The notes: generated by a model not told the origin, from the letters alone. Positions 27,780-38,477 are shown, counted from the stretch's first letter. The stretch is DNA of 64,000 nt from a bacterium (GCA_963676395.1 OY781066.1:1696001-1760000), one strand, 5' to 3'. Translations and numbers: made by a program.

Positions 27780-28373
27780 TTACCCTTTTAGAATAGAAAT
27801 GGCAATCAGAATCATGATGACCGCAATGATTCCATTAAAAACGAAGTAAAATGTTTTGTTTTCAAAGTATTTTGACAAGCTAGAGCCAATCAAGGTCCAT
27901 AATGAAATGCAGATATAAGCCAGAATGACAGCAAAAATCACTGTAAGAATCACTGATATAGGTGATATGCTAACAACATCGGCAAATGAGGTAAAGATAG
28001 TTAATCCGAAAAATATGAGTTTGATATTTAGCAATTGTAATATCATTCCCGAAACAAAACTGTAAGTGATCTCTTTGCTACTTTTTTTACTATTCATAAA
28101 TATAAATGGAGCCAATCCCAAAAAGATTATATATCCGGCACCGGCCCATTTTAAAATATTGAAAAAAAGTGATTCGGTATTGAGTGATGATGTAAAGAAA
28201 CCTGCAACAAATAAGACAATGGATATTCCAGAGCAAATGCCCAGTATGTAAGGAATGGTTTTACGATATCCGATTTTTACACCCGCAGCTGCAGATGTGA
28301 TGTTGTTAGGTCCGGGCGTAATGGTTGCAGTGACTGTAAATAAAATAAAGCTAATGAGTAGTTCGTTTTGCAT
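27780..28373 (-). CDS. LysE family exporter (EamB-like)
   Basis: TPGPNN, LKWAGAGY, G.ILQLLN.K; start reset to MQNE. Confidence 0.88.
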   Translation of the reverse strand: MQNELLISFILFTVTATITPGPNNITSAAAGVKIGYRKTIPYILGICSGISIVLFVAGFFTSSLNTESLFFNILKWAGAGYIIFLGLAPFIFMNSKKSSKEITYSFVSGMILQLLNIKLIFFGLTIFTSFADVVSISPISVILTVIFAVILAYICISLWTLIGSSLSKYFENKTFYFVFNGIIAVIMILIAISILKG

Positions 28374-28393
28374 TGTTTCTCCAATGCGATAAA

Positions 28394-28440
28394 ATAATTG
28401 AAAATTGAAAATTGGCAAAGGAGAATTAAATTAAGAATTG
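28394..28440. repeat. Degenerate heptamer array
   Basis: ATAATTG AAAATTG AAAATTG ... AGAATTA ... AGAATTG. Confidence 0.6.
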
Positions 28441-28518
28441 TAATCGTTTTAATTTGCCTCAAATTAGATACTTCAAGCTTTCGACTTTTTAATCTAAAAA
28501 GAAAATTGGACAATAATG

Positions 28519-29910
28519 TTATACGGGTTCAGTAAAAATTTTCTTTTCTTTACGCATTTCTATACTCAACCAAATAATTGCCATGGCACAGGATGCATAA
28601 TCCGCTAAAGGCATCGACCACCAAATACTGTCAACACCATAAATAGGCGTTAGAATTAAAATAAGAGGAATAAGTATTAATACTTGACGAGCTGATGAAA
28701 TAACAAGGGCAGGAATAGCTTTTCCGATGGATTGAAAATAGCCACTAGCTACAATTTGTAATCCAAGGGTGGGGACACCAAGTATGATTAGTCTAAGGAT
28801 TTTTGCACCCAATTTAACAGTTTCACTTTCTTGGATAAATGCACCCACAATAGGCTTGATGAATATGAAAATTAGAATAAAGCCGATTATAGATATCATG
28901 CTTGCCGACAGTGCTGAAATTTTAAGCGCTTTATTGGAACGATCGACCTGCTTTGCACCGAAGTTATAACCTACAATAGGTTGCATTCCTTGGGCAATAC
29001 CTATCGAAGGCATCATTACAAATGATACGACGGGCGATAAAACTCCCATGATCGCAAAGTGGACATCAAGACCATACTGTTTAATTGCATTATTTATTAC
29101 GATAGAAAAAAGTGTAAATGCACCGGTTCTTACCAATGAAGGTAGTCCAATAGCAAAAGTTTTTCCAATGATATCCCAATCAACTATAAACATATTTGCT
29201 TTAATCTTGAAATAACTTTTTCCAGAAAGGAAGTATGTTGTGATTAATATAAATCCCAAGAATTGAGCAATGATCGTCGCAATTGCAGCCCCCTCTACTC
29301 CCATTTTAAAAATAATAACAAAGAGATAATCAAGTGGAATATTTAATACAGTACCAACGATCATCACAACCATGGCCATAATAGCATTTCCTTCAGCACG
29401 AATGATGTTATTCATTGAAACTGTAACACTAAAGAAAATAGTTCCGTAGAACACTATTTTTGTATAGGCTAGTGCATAAGGCATTATCGCATCTGTTGCG
29501 CCAAATATCCGAAGTATGGGTTCTGTGAAAAGTGTACCTACCGTTGTTAAGATAGCTGAGAGAACAATGATCATCATAAGAGAATTCCCAAATGTAACAT
29601 CAGCTTTATGGAACTCCTTGGCACCCAGGTAACGAGAGATGAGAGAGGAAGCACCTATGCCCATCATGGTTGCAAGAGCAATAATTAGCATTTGTATTGG
29701 GAATGCAATGTTTAGTCCAGCTAAACTTAAGGTCCCCACATGTACAACATCCCCGGCAGTATTTATGATATCGGCTTGATTTCCAATAAACAGTTTATCA
29801 ACAATATTATAAATTGAGTTTAGTAACATTCCTAATACGGCTGGAATCGAGAACTTAAATAGTAGTTTTCCAATAGGTTCATTTCTTAGTGCTTGTTGAT
29901 TTTTATTCAC
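28519..29910 (-). CDS. MATE family efflux transporter (MepA-like)
   Basis: YNIVD..FIG, IRAEG, LNI.LD..F, GV.GAAIAT, QPIVGYNFGA. Confidence 0.93.
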   Translation of the reverse strand: MNKNQQALRNEPIGKLLFKFSIPAVLGMLLNSIYNIVDKLFIGNQADIINTAGDVVHVGTLSLAGLNIAFPIQMLIIALATMMGIGASSLISRYLGAKEFHKADVTFGNSLMMIIVLSAILTTVGTLFTEPILRIFGATDAIMPYALAYTKIVFYGTIFFSVTVSMNNIIRAEGNAIMAMVVMIVGTVLNIPLDYLFVIIFKMGVEGAAIATIIAQFLGFILITTYFLSGKSYFKIKANMFIVDWDIIGKTFAIGLPSLVRTGAFTLFSIVINNAIKQYGLDVHFAIMGVLSPVVSFVMMPSIGIAQGMQPIVGYNFGAKQVDRSNKALKISALSASMISIIGFILIFIFIKPIVGAFIQESETVKLGAKILRLIILGVPTLGLQIVASGYFQSIGKAIPALVISSARQVLILIPLILILTPIYGVDSIWWSMPLADYASCAMAIIWLSIEMRKEKKIFTEPV

Positions 29911-29952
29911 TTAGCAAATTCCTTGCTTTTGAGTTCATGTTTTTTTAATATA

Positions 29953-30002
29953 GTTGCGCAAGCAACCAAGAGAGTATAATGAATATTGGTTGCGATGGCA
30001 AC
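29953..30002. promoter_or_regulatory. Two GTTGC-N4-GCAAC palindromes, probable MarR operators
   Basis: GTTGCGCAAGCAAC (29953-29966) and GTTGCGATGGCAAC (29989-30002) between divergent MATE and MarR genes, flanking a TATAAT. Confidence 0.75.
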
Positions 30003-30019
30003 AATAATTTGGAGAATTT

Positions 30020-30457
30020 ATGCATAAATCTCATGGACAAAGAATCGGATATCTGAGCAGAATGTCTCACCGGTATTTTAGTGAAAAGTTAGGTGCAATG
30101 GGGATCGGTCCCGGTCAGACATTCATTTTAAAAAGCCTATATCATGAAGATGGTGTTCATCAGGAATCTCTTGTGGATAATTGTCAATTACATAAAGCCA
30201 ATGTTGCCAGAGCGCTTGCAAAATTGGAAGAAAATGGACTTGTGAAGCGTGAGTCTGATCTCAATGATAAACGAGCAAAGCTTATTCGTTTAACTCCCAA
30301 AGCGATAGAGATCAAAGATGATTTCTTTACAGCTTTTAGATCTTGGAGTGAAATGCTCACTCAAGGTTTTACAGATAAAGAAAAAGAGCTTTCTTTTGAG
30401 TTGCTCGACCGTATGGCTGCAAATGTAGAGCCCTATTATGGTGATAAGAATAATTGA
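30020..30457 (+). CDS. MarR family transcriptional regulator
   Basis: DG..Q..L, KANVARAL.KLEE.G.V.R, DKR...I.LT. Confidence 0.93.
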   Translation: MHKSHGQRIGYLSRMSHRYFSEKLGAMGIGPGQTFILKSLYHEDGVHQESLVDNCQLHKANVARALAKLEENGLVKRESDLNDKRAKLIRLTPKAIEIKDDFFTAFRSWSEMLTQGFTDKEKELSFELLDRMAANVEPYYGDKNN

Positions 30458-30675
30458 GAGTGGAAAATTCAATTAAGAATTAAAGCTCCGCAAACTTGTT
30501 TTCAATAAAGTTTTTGCTTGGATAAAAAATAATATATTATATCTGTAATAATATTGAACTTTAGCTTAAGTCGGTTGATTATTTCAATTCACTAATCCTC
30601 AACTTTTCATCTTGTAAAGAAAAAGACTCGAGAAATCGAGTCTTTACATTTTAAAATTTTGTTCTTTGCCTTGAG

Positions 30676-31590
30676 CTATATATGTAGCTCTTTGCCTTCT
30701 TCATCCAGTACTTTTCTTAAAGCCCCGCCATGTTTAGCAAGTCTTTCGCGGGCGGTAGGAGCATCAACATCCAAAAGAACCATAACTAAAGCTGTTTTAA
30801 CACTGCCTTTAGATTCTTTAAGTTTTTCCATACCATAATCATAGTCAACACCGGTACAGTGGCGGATGATACGAGCTCCACGATCCCATAGTTTCTTATT
30901 GGTGGTCATTAAGTCCACCATCAGATTACCATAGGTTTTATTCATTTTGATCATGGTTGCCGTTGTGATCATGTTTAAGATAAGTTTTGTAGCAGTTCCG
31001 GCTTTCATGCGGGTTGAACCGGTTACGATTTCCGGTCCTACAACTGCTTTGATCAAAATATCAATATCTTTTGTTTTTTCGAATTCGTTACAAACCAACA
31101 AACCGGTTGTTCCACCGATCTCTTTGGTTCGTTTTAAAGCAGCATGTACGTAAGCTGCAGAACCACTGGTTGTTATACCAAGAAGGCAGTCATTTTCCGT
31201 TAAGCCGCGTTCGCCAATAATGCGGTAACCTTCATCAAAATCATCTTCGGCACCTTCAACAGCTGTTACCAGTGCTTCCATGCCACCACACATGATACCT
31301 TGTACCAGATGATTGGGGGCGGAATATGTTGGGGGGATCTCAGAAGCATCTAGAACACCTAAGCGACCTGAAGTTCCTGCACCGATATAAAAAAGTCGAC
31401 CACCTTTTTTCATTGAGTCGACAACAGCATCTACAAATTCAGTAATAGCAGGAATAGCTTGTTCAACTGCATTGGGAACTGTCTTGTCTTCATTGTTCAT
31501 GGTGACAAGAATTTCATTTGTGCTCATCTGATCAATGTTCTTGCTTGCTTGATTTTGTTGTTCTGTTGCCTTATCGCTAATTTGCTTCAT
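30676..31590 (-). CDS. murQ: N-acetylmuramic acid 6-phosphate etherase
   Basis: GAGTSGRLGVLDASE, AVEGAED, GPE..TGSTRMKAGTATK, GNLMVD. Confidence 0.96.
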   Translation of the reverse strand: MKQISDKATEQQNQASKNIDQMSTNEILVTMNNEDKTVPNAVEQAIPAITEFVDAVVDSMKKGGRLFYIGAGTSGRLGVLDASEIPPTYSAPNHLVQGIMCGGMEALVTAVEGAEDDFDEGYRIIGERGLTENDCLLGITTSGSAAYVHAALKRTKEIGGTTGLLVCNEFEKTKDIDILIKAVVGPEIVTGSTRMKAGTATKLILNMITTATMIKMNKTYGNLMVDLMTTNKKLWDRGARIIRHCTGVDYDYGMEKLKESKGSVKTALVMVLLDVDAPTARERLAKHGGALRKVLDEEGKELHI

Positions 31591-31654
31591 GTTTTCCCTT
31601 TTTTTATCCTGTAAAATCGGTTATTATTTTAATACGAAAAACGAATGAAAACAA

Positions 31655-33304
31655 GTGAATAAAATGTTTAAAAAATACGCACTTATAACTCTTATGGTAT
31701 TTGCTGTTTTGGGGATGAATTCTCTTATTGCTTTGCCTATGGTCTACGATTTACGACACGTTGATAGTACCACTTCCTATATTTCTTTAGTTCGCGATCA
31801 ACAGGGTGGAACTTGTTGGACGCATGGTACTATGGCTGCAGTTGAAAGCAATATGCTGCGAAACGGATTATGGCCTTTATCAAATTTACATGAATTGAAT
31901 CTTTCTGAGTATCATTTAGATTGGTGGAATGGTTTCAATCTTTATTACAATGAAGATTTTGGTTTTCATCCCGTTGCAGGATTAGATGTTCATTTTGGGG
32001 GTGATTATCGTGTTTCAACCGCCTATATGTCCAGGGGTGATGGGGCGGTTTTGCATAGCGATGCACCGGCCTATGAAAGTGTTTATCCTCGGAGACAAAC
32101 TCATTATACCTATTATTATCCTCGTCATGTTGAGTGGTATGTGCTAAAGAACGATATGAGTAATCTTAATGATCTAAAGCAAGTAATCATGGATCAGGGT
32201 GCTGTTGGTACTTGTATGTATGTTGGTTCGGGTTTTCTAAATGATTCAACCGGTATACATTATCAACCTGCATCGGACCAAAATGATCCCAATCACTCAA
32301 TTGCCATCGTTGGTTGGAATGATACATTGACGACACAAGCAGATCTACCGGGTGCCTGGTTATGCAAGAATTCCTGGGGAGAAAGCTGGGGCTCGGCATG
32401 GCATGGTAGTGGATATTTTTGGATATCGTATTATGATAAACACACAGCCAGGCAGGAGCAAATGGGATTTGTTTCATTTCAGGATGTTGAAGAAATGAAA
32501 TACGATACGGTGTATTATCATGATTATCATGGTTGGCGTGATGAGTTGGCCGATGTAGATGAAGTGGCTAATATTTTTAAAGCTGAAGGTAATGATACAC
32601 TTAAAGCCGTAAACTTTTTTACCGCTGCTGATTCAGTAAATTGTATAATTCGTGTTTATATGGGTGTGCAAAAAGCTTACGAAAATAATCCGGAGTTGAT
32701 CCAAAGCAAATTTTATGCTCATACCGGTTTGCATACCCTTGATCTGGAAAATGCTATCCAACTGACAAAAAATGATACGTTTGTTGTCTCGGTGGAGTTT
32801 GATAATAAACTTTATCCATACGATAAAACATCCGAAGTCCCCGTGCTTTTAGATGTGCCGTCCATTTATAATATGGCCCCTCAAAACACCATGGTACCGT
32901 CTAAGGCTTCCATGCGTGAGAGCATGTTTAAAGTATATGGACAGTGGTTGGATCTGCAATATTTGGATCAAAGTGCAAATTTTTGCGTTAAAGCTTTGAT
33001 AGATCGCTCGAAAACTCCGTCGGCATTAACACAAAATCCTGTCTCCAACTCCTTTTCCTTGTATCCCAATCCTTCGCCCGGGCGAATACATATTGATTTT
33101 GAATTACCTGCCAGTTCAGAGATTAAGATCACTCTATATGATCTTAGCGGTAGACGCTTGAAAGTCCTTGAAAATGCTCATTATTCAATGGGGTATAATG
33201 TGAAGATCTTTGATTTTTCCGACTTGTCCAATGGCATATATGTTTGTACTTTTGAGATGAATGGAATAATGATGAATATACAAAAACTTATGGTGGTTAA
33301 ATGA
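31655..33304 (+). CDS. Papain-like C1 peptidase with lectin-like domain and C-terminal secretion (T9SS-type) domain
   Basis: DQ..GTCW, NHSIAIVGW, KNSWG catalytic motifs; LYPNP...YDLSGR...GIY tail. Confidence 0.88.
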   Translation: MNKMFKKYALITLMVFAVLGMNSLIALPMVYDLRHVDSTTSYISLVRDQQGGTCWTHGTMAAVESNMLRNGLWPLSNLHELNLSEYHLDWWNGFNLYYNEDFGFHPVAGLDVHFGGDYRVSTAYMSRGDGAVLHSDAPAYESVYPRRQTHYTYYYPRHVEWYVLKNDMSNLNDLKQVIMDQGAVGTCMYVGSGFLNDSTGIHYQPASDQNDPNHSIAIVGWNDTLTTQADLPGAWLCKNSWGESWGSAWHGSGYFWISYYDKHTARQEQMGFVSFQDVEEMKYDTVYYHDYHGWRDELADVDEVANIFKAEGNDTLKAVNFFTAADSVNCIIRVYMGVQKAYENNPELIQSKFYAHTGLHTLDLENAIQLTKNDTFVVSVEFDNKLYPYDKTSEVPVLLDVPSIYNMAPQNTMVPSKASMRESMFKVYGQWLDLQYLDQSANFCVKALIDRSKTPSALTQNPVSNSFSLYPNPSPGRIHIDFELPASSEIKITLYDLSGRRLKVLENAHYSMGYNVKIFDFSDLSNGIYVCTFEMNGIMMNIQKLMVVK

Positions 33305-35640
33305 TAAAGAAGTTTGCTGTAATATCTGTTTCCCTATTGGCTTTATTGGCGGCCGCCGAATTTGTATATGACTACGATTTTTCGGCTCCTGTTTTTTCTC
33401 AAAAAGAAGCTCATTTATTGATGGAAGTGGAAAATTGTATGTTACAAGGAATTGAGGGGGAACCGCTTCTGCCTCATCGTGCATTTTCAATTTTACTGCC
33501 TCCCGGCGAATCGCTGGAATCCGTGGAAGTCAGTATTCTTGCTAAAAAAAGCTATCCTCTGATGTTGCCTCTTTTACCCAAACAGGCCGATAGACCTCTA
33601 TCACATGGTAGAAGTGGAAAATTCATGAAAAAAGAAAGTATTTATAGCAAGAATGAATATCGTAGCGAGAAAATTCGCGCACAGGTTCAGTATTTCGGTG
33701 GAGCCGCTGTGGTAACCGGGGCACTCATTCCTGTAAGTTATTTCCCGGCCAAGGGTATGGTTGATTTGAATACAAAGCTCAGTTTAAAAGTGAAAACTAA
33801 TTCTTCTAACCAGGATATTCATTTAGATGCCGGTTTGTTAAAACAATTGGAAGTTATGGTTGATAATCCGGATATGTTGGCAAGTTATTCAGTGCCTGAT
33901 CAAGATGAAAGAGAGCGCATGTTGATCATTTCATCATCGACTTATGAAAGTGTTTTTGATACATTGATCGAGCATTATTCACATTATGGTATCGAAGCGA
34001 ATTTTATGTCTGTAAATGATATCTCGACAAATTACTCTGGTGTTGATCTTCAGGAAAAGATCCGAAATGCTATTAAAGAATATTATATCGTCAATGATTT
34101 GGATTATGTTTTACTGGGTGGAAATATCATGATAGTTCCTGCAAGAGGTTTGAGCTGTCGCGTGCTTTCCGGAGGCAGCTGGATATCTTCTGATAATATT
34201 CCATCGGATCTTTATTATGCTGCGCTGGATGGGACTTGGGATACGAATTTGAATGGTGTTTACGGGGAGTATAATGACACGACCGGCTTTGATGAAGCAG
34301 ATTTAATACCCGAATTAGCCATTGGTCGTTTTCCGGCAAATACCCTTGATGAAATGAAAAATATGATCAACAAATCTTTGTTATACCAACAATCACCTAT
34401 TGTAGATGAAATGGACAAACATGTGTTTTTTGGTGAGTTTTTATGGGGAGATCCCGAAACATGGGCAGCGGATTACATGGAATTACTTATCGGTTCCCGA
34501 AATGATAACGGTTACACTACCGTTGGCTTATCTGAGAATTTAACGATTAATAAATGGTATGATCAAGATAGTTTGGGGTTATGGAGTGAATTAACGGTAA
34601 AAGAAGAATTGGCATCAGGTTATTCATTTCTACATCATGACGGGCATGCAAATTACTCATATATGATGAAGTTTGACCTAAGTGAAGTGAATGATTCCGA
34701 TTTTGTCACGGTTAACGGTATTGACCATACTACACCGGTTTTTTATTCACATGGATGTAGTTGTGGAGGTTTTGATCGTATAGATTGTATAGCTAAAAAG
34801 ATCGTAACTTCTCCATATATCTCTGTGGGTGGAATATTTAACTCACGATACGGTTGGTTTAACGAAGGGCAGACCGAAGGACCTTCTATTCACATACATC
34901 GAGAGTTTGAAGATGCTATTTATGGACATCATTATAATCAATTGGGTAGGGCTTTAAGTTTGTCCCGAGGGGCAACAGCACCCTGGGTGACAGCAATGGG
35001 GCAACATGAACAGAATGCTTTACGTTGGAATTTTTATACCATTAATGTTTTGGGTGATCCTGCCATGCGGATTTACTCACAAAAACCTGTACTTCCTGAG
35101 GTCTTATATGATATAAGTCAATTACATCTTGGGCATCTGTCAGCAATAATTAAAAAAGATGATATTGTGATGGCGGATGCTGGTTTGGCAATTGTGGATA
35201 CCAGCGGTCAGTTGGTCGGTTTTGCCTTGAGTGATGCACGTGGTATCGCAAGTATTGAACTTGATCAAGCTCCGATTGATGGAGAGGTATTACATTTTTA
35301 TGTAAGTGGTGAAAACCTTTTACTGAGTGATACCACCATTGTTTCTAGAGAAAGTTCTATTGATATTGTTGATTCACATGTTTTATTGACTGCATATCCG
35401 AATCCGTTCAATCCCAGTGTGGCAATTTCATATAATATTCCAAGCATGATGAATGTAACAGTAAAATTATATGATGTAAATGGTAGGGTTGTAGATGTAT
35501 TGGCAGAAGGACAGCATATTGCCGGGAACTATCAACTTGATTATCATGCCGGAACACTTTCTTCGGGATTATATATTTGTCGAATAGAATCAGAGAATAT
35601 TGAACACACTGTTTCAAGAAAATTATTATTATTAAAATAA
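33301..35640 (+). CDS. C25 (gingipain-like) cysteine peptidase with propeptide and T9SS-type CTD
   Basis: GEP.LP propeptide, YVLLGG, SDLYY, IGRFP, H.GH, GC..GGFD, LGDPA, YPNPFNP. Confidence 0.9.
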   Translation: MIKKFAVISVSLLALLAAAEFVYDYDFSAPVFSQKEAHLLMEVENCMLQGIEGEPLLPHRAFSILLPPGESLESVEVSILAKKSYPLMLPLLPKQADRPLSHGRSGKFMKKESIYSKNEYRSEKIRAQVQYFGGAAVVTGALIPVSYFPAKGMVDLNTKLSLKVKTNSSNQDIHLDAGLLKQLEVMVDNPDMLASYSVPDQDERERMLIISSSTYESVFDTLIEHYSHYGIEANFMSVNDISTNYSGVDLQEKIRNAIKEYYIVNDLDYVLLGGNIMIVPARGLSCRVLSGGSWISSDNIPSDLYYAALDGTWDTNLNGVYGEYNDTTGFDEADLIPELAIGRFPANTLDEMKNMINKSLLYQQSPIVDEMDKHVFFGEFLWGDPETWAADYMELLIGSRNDNGYTTVGLSENLTINKWYDQDSLGLWSELTVKEELASGYSFLHHDGHANYSYMMKFDLSEVNDSDFVTVNGIDHTTPVFYSHGCSCGGFDRIDCIAKKIVTSPYISVGGIFNSRYGWFNEGQTEGPSIHIHREFEDAIYGHHYNQLGRALSLSRGATAPWVTAMGQHEQNALRWNFYTINVLGDPAMRIYSQKPVLPEVLYDISQLHLGHLSAIIKKDDIVMADAGLAIVDTSGQLVGFALSDARGIASIELDQAPIDGEVLHFYVSGENLLLSDTTIVSRESSIDIVDSHVLLTAYPNPFNPSVAISYNIPSMMNVTVKLYDVNGRVVDVLAEGQHIAGNYQLDYHAGTLSSGLYICRIESENIEHTVSRKLLLLK

Positions 35641-36194
35641 TGGAGCCAAGAATGTATACACCGTTTTTATGTGGAAAAAAAGTTGATCTTTGTCCGGTAA
35701 GTGAGGCGGATATTGAAATATTTAAAAAAGGCTACAATGATCCTAATGTTCGTGATGCCATGTTTATGTATTTTCCTTTGACTCAGTCTGAAACTGAGAA
35801 GAAGATCGAGAAAATGGCTGAGAATGAAAAGGCTATAAATTTTGCCATTGTAGATAAAGAAACAAAACAAACCGTCGGACATACGGCATTGGTACATCCA
35901 GACTGGGTTTCTCGCATGATGACCTTTTATATTGTTTTGCTTGATAAAAGTACATGGGGAAAGGGATTTGGTTCCGAAGCAACTCAATTGGTCGTTGATT
36001 ATGGTTTTCAAATGTTAAACCTGAATCGCATTCAGTTGCATGTGAATGCGGAGAATGAACCCGCAAAGGCAGTGTATAAAAAGATTGGATTTCAATACGA
36101 AGGCAATTTGCGTCAGGCTATGTACAAAAATAATAAGTATTATGACTTTTGGTTAATGAGTATTTTAAATGAGGAATATTTTAACAATGATTAA
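35640..36194 (+). CDS. GNAT N-acetyltransferase (RimJ/RimL type)
   Basis: WGKGFGSEA, LNLNRI.L, N..A..VY.K.GF..EG.LR. Confidence 0.9.
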   Translation: MEPRMYTPFLCGKKVDLCPVSEADIEIFKKGYNDPNVRDAMFMYFPLTQSETEKKIEKMAENEKAINFAIVDKETKQTVGHTALVHPDWVSRMMTFYIVLLDKSTWGKGFGSEATQLVVDYGFQMLNLNRIQLHVNAENEPAKAVYKKIGFQYEGNLRQAMYKNNKYYDFWLMSILNEEYFNND

Positions 36195-36301
36195 AGTGAA
36201 ATTAATTTTACTTTAAGTACCTAACATATTCAGCCTACAAAGCCAAACCATTAAGTTCAACTTGTTATTACGTTTAAAAGTAATCCGGTAAAAAAAAGCG
36301 C

Positions 36302-36330
36302 TTGCCAAAAACAAAATTCCTTATTATAAT
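36302..36330 (+). promoter_or_regulatory. sigma70 promoter of tRNA-Met
   Basis: TTGCCA-N17-TATAAT, 15 nt upstream of the tRNA. Confidence 0.75.
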
Positions 36331-36345
36331 AGCAGGCTTATTTAT

Positions 36346-36419
36346 GGCGAAGTAGCTCAGTCGGTTAGAGCATCGGAATCATAATCCGAGTGTCCGGGGT
36401 TCGAGTCCCTGCTTCGCTA
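36346..36419 (+). tRNA. tRNA with CAT anticodon (probably elongator Met)
   Basis: GGCGAAGTAGCTCAG...TCGGA ATCATAA TCCGA...GGTTCGAGTCC; lacks initiator features; Ile2 not excluded. Confidence 0.9.
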
Positions 36420-36613
36420 CAGTCCCTGTCTTTAACGGCAGGGATTTCTTGTTTATAACAAACAATTAGCTGAGGGGGGGTAAGGAGTCAAGAAACGGAA
36501 TTCCATACCCAAAACAATTTTGTTTATCCTATTAACACGTTTGAAAAAACATGAAACATCTTGTCTAAAATCTCGTCAAATTGTAAATTTACTTCCTAAC
36601 ATAAGGAATATTC

Positions 36614-37594
36614 ATGACTACCGTTGAAACATTAAAAAATGTTAATAAACAATACGAAGCCATACGTAAAGAAATTGCAAAAGTGATCATTGGCCAGGAT
36701 GATGTGCTTGAAGCCTTAATGATCGCTTTGTTTTCTAAAGGTCATGCCCAGTTGGTGGGTGTACCGGGTTTGGCAAAGACCTTAATGATACAAACTTTGG
36801 CTGAAGTTATGGATCTTGATTTTCGTCGCATTCAATTTACACCTGATCTAATGCCTTCGGATATAACCGGCACTGAAGTGATTGAAGAGGATCGCAGTTC
36901 GGGACGTCGTGAATTTCGCTTTATTAAAGGGCCGGTTTTTGGTAATATTATTCTTGCCGATGAGATCAACAGAACACCGCCAAAAACACAATCTGCCTTA
37001 TTGGAGGCCATGCAGGAAAAACAGGTAACTGCTGCGGGGCAGTCACATCAGTTGGACGCACCGTTTTTTGTATTGGCAACGCAGAATCCAATTGAGCAAG
37101 AAGGCACTTATCCTTTGCCTGAAGCTCAGCTTGACAGGTTTATGTTTCAACTTTTAGTTGGATATCCCGACATGAATGAAGAAAAAGAGATCGTAAATCG
37201 TACAACTGTAAGTTCTCAAGCGAATATCAAAAAGATCATTTCCAAGAAAGATCTGCTGGCTGTTCAAGAGGCATTAACCGAGATCCCGGTGGCAGAGCAT
37301 ATTGTTGATTATGCTGTTGCCATTGTACGAGCAAGTCGCCCGGATAGCTCCAATGTGGAAATAATACAAAAATATGTTAAATGGGGTGCCGGTCCCCGTG
37401 CTTCACAGTATATGGTCATTGCATCAAAAACCAGAGCCGCTCTATTAGGTAAAATGACCCCCGATGAAGAGGATGTCCGTGCTGTCGCTCCGTTGGTTCT
37501 GCGCCATCGCATTCTTCGCAATTTTAAGGCAGAAGCCGAAGGTGTAAGTGTTGATGCGATCATTGAAGAATTGACTCAGGTAAAGCATGGCTGA
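36614..37594 (+). CDS. MoxR family AAA+ ATPase
   Basis: GVPGLAKT, RIQFTPDLMPSD, LADEINR.PPKTQSALLEAMQE, ATQNPIE.EGTYPLPEAQLDRF. Confidence 0.95.
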   Translation: MTTVETLKNVNKQYEAIRKEIAKVIIGQDDVLEALMIALFSKGHAQLVGVPGLAKTLMIQTLAEVMDLDFRRIQFTPDLMPSDITGTEVIEEDRSSGRREFRFIKGPVFGNIILADEINRTPPKTQSALLEAMQEKQVTAAGQSHQLDAPFFVLATQNPIEQEGTYPLPEAQLDRFMFQLLVGYPDMNEEKEIVNRTTVSSQANIKKIISKKDLLAVQEALTEIPVAEHIVDYAVAIVRASRPDSSNVEIIQKYVKWGAGPRASQYMVIASKTRAALLGKMTPDEEDVRAVAPLVLRHRILRNFKAEAEGVSVDAIIEELTQVKHG

Positions 37595-38477
37595 TACCGA
37601 TTATAGTCCGGAAAATATTGTTCATCTTGGGAACCTTCGTTTCAAAGCAAAAACCATTGTAGAAGGTCTTCTGTTGGGGCTTCATCATTCTCCATATCAC
37701 GGCTTTTCCGCCGAATTTTCTCAGCATCGGCAATATATGCCGGGTGATGATATCAAACATATTGATTGGCAGGTTTATGCGAAGACCGATCGTTATTATA
37801 TCAAACAATATGAAGAAGAAACAAATTTGAACACTTATATCATGGTTGATAATTCGGCCTCCATGGGTTTTGCCTCGGAAAAAAATATTTCGAAATTTGA
37901 GTATGCCAGACTGATAGCAGGGGCATTAACATATTTGTTGATAAATCAGAATGATGGAGTTGGGTTGAGTATCTTTAATGATAAACCTGAAATTCTCTAT
38001 CCGCCAAGATCGGTCAGGTCCTATATCAATGAATTATTAATAGCATTGGAAAAAACTCAGTGTTCCAATACAACCGGTACCGGCAAAGCGCTTGAATTAA
38101 TTTGCGAAAAGTTGACTCGTAAAGGACTGGTGATTATGATCTCAGATTTGCTGGATGATAAGGATGAGATCATGAAAGGGTTAAAACATTTACGATATCT
38201 TGGACATGATGTATTAGTTATTCAATTGCTTGATCCTGGAGAATGGGAGCTGAACACAGGACAAAAATATCGCTTCCGGGATCTGGAAAGCAATGAAGAA
38301 ATTAAATTAGATGTTCGACAGATAAAAAAAGAATATCAAAAAAGGATCAGGAATTATTGTGATGAGATCGATCGCGAATGTGGAGAGAATGGGATTGATC
38401 ACAGTTTGATCTTTAGCAATATGGACTGTCGGATCGCTCTGATGGAATTTTTACGTAAACGCGGAAGACTTGCTTAG
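37587..38477 (+). CDS. DUF58 domain protein
   Basis: G.HHSP..G.S.EF.QHRQY.PGDD...IDW, KQYEEE, D.S.SM, ISD. Confidence 0.93.
   Translation: MADTDYSPENIVHLGNLRFKAKTIVEGLLLGLHHSPYHGFSAEFSQHRQYMPGDDIKHIDWQVYAKTDRYYIKQYEEETNLNTYIMVDNSASMGFASEKNISKFEYARLIAGALTYLLINQNDGVGLSIFNDKPEILYPPRSVRSYINELLIALEKTQCSNTTGTGKALELICEKLTRKGLVIMISDLLDDKDEIMKGLKHLRYLGHDVLVIQLLDPGEWELNTGQKYRFRDLESNEEIKLDVRQIKKEYQKRIRNYCDEIDRECGENGIDHSLIFSNMDCRIALMEFLRKRGRLA

Noticed and set aside
36450..36530. Possible att remnant or G7 tract downstream of tRNA-Met
   Set aside because: No duplicated tRNA 3' end and no integrase were seen in the window.
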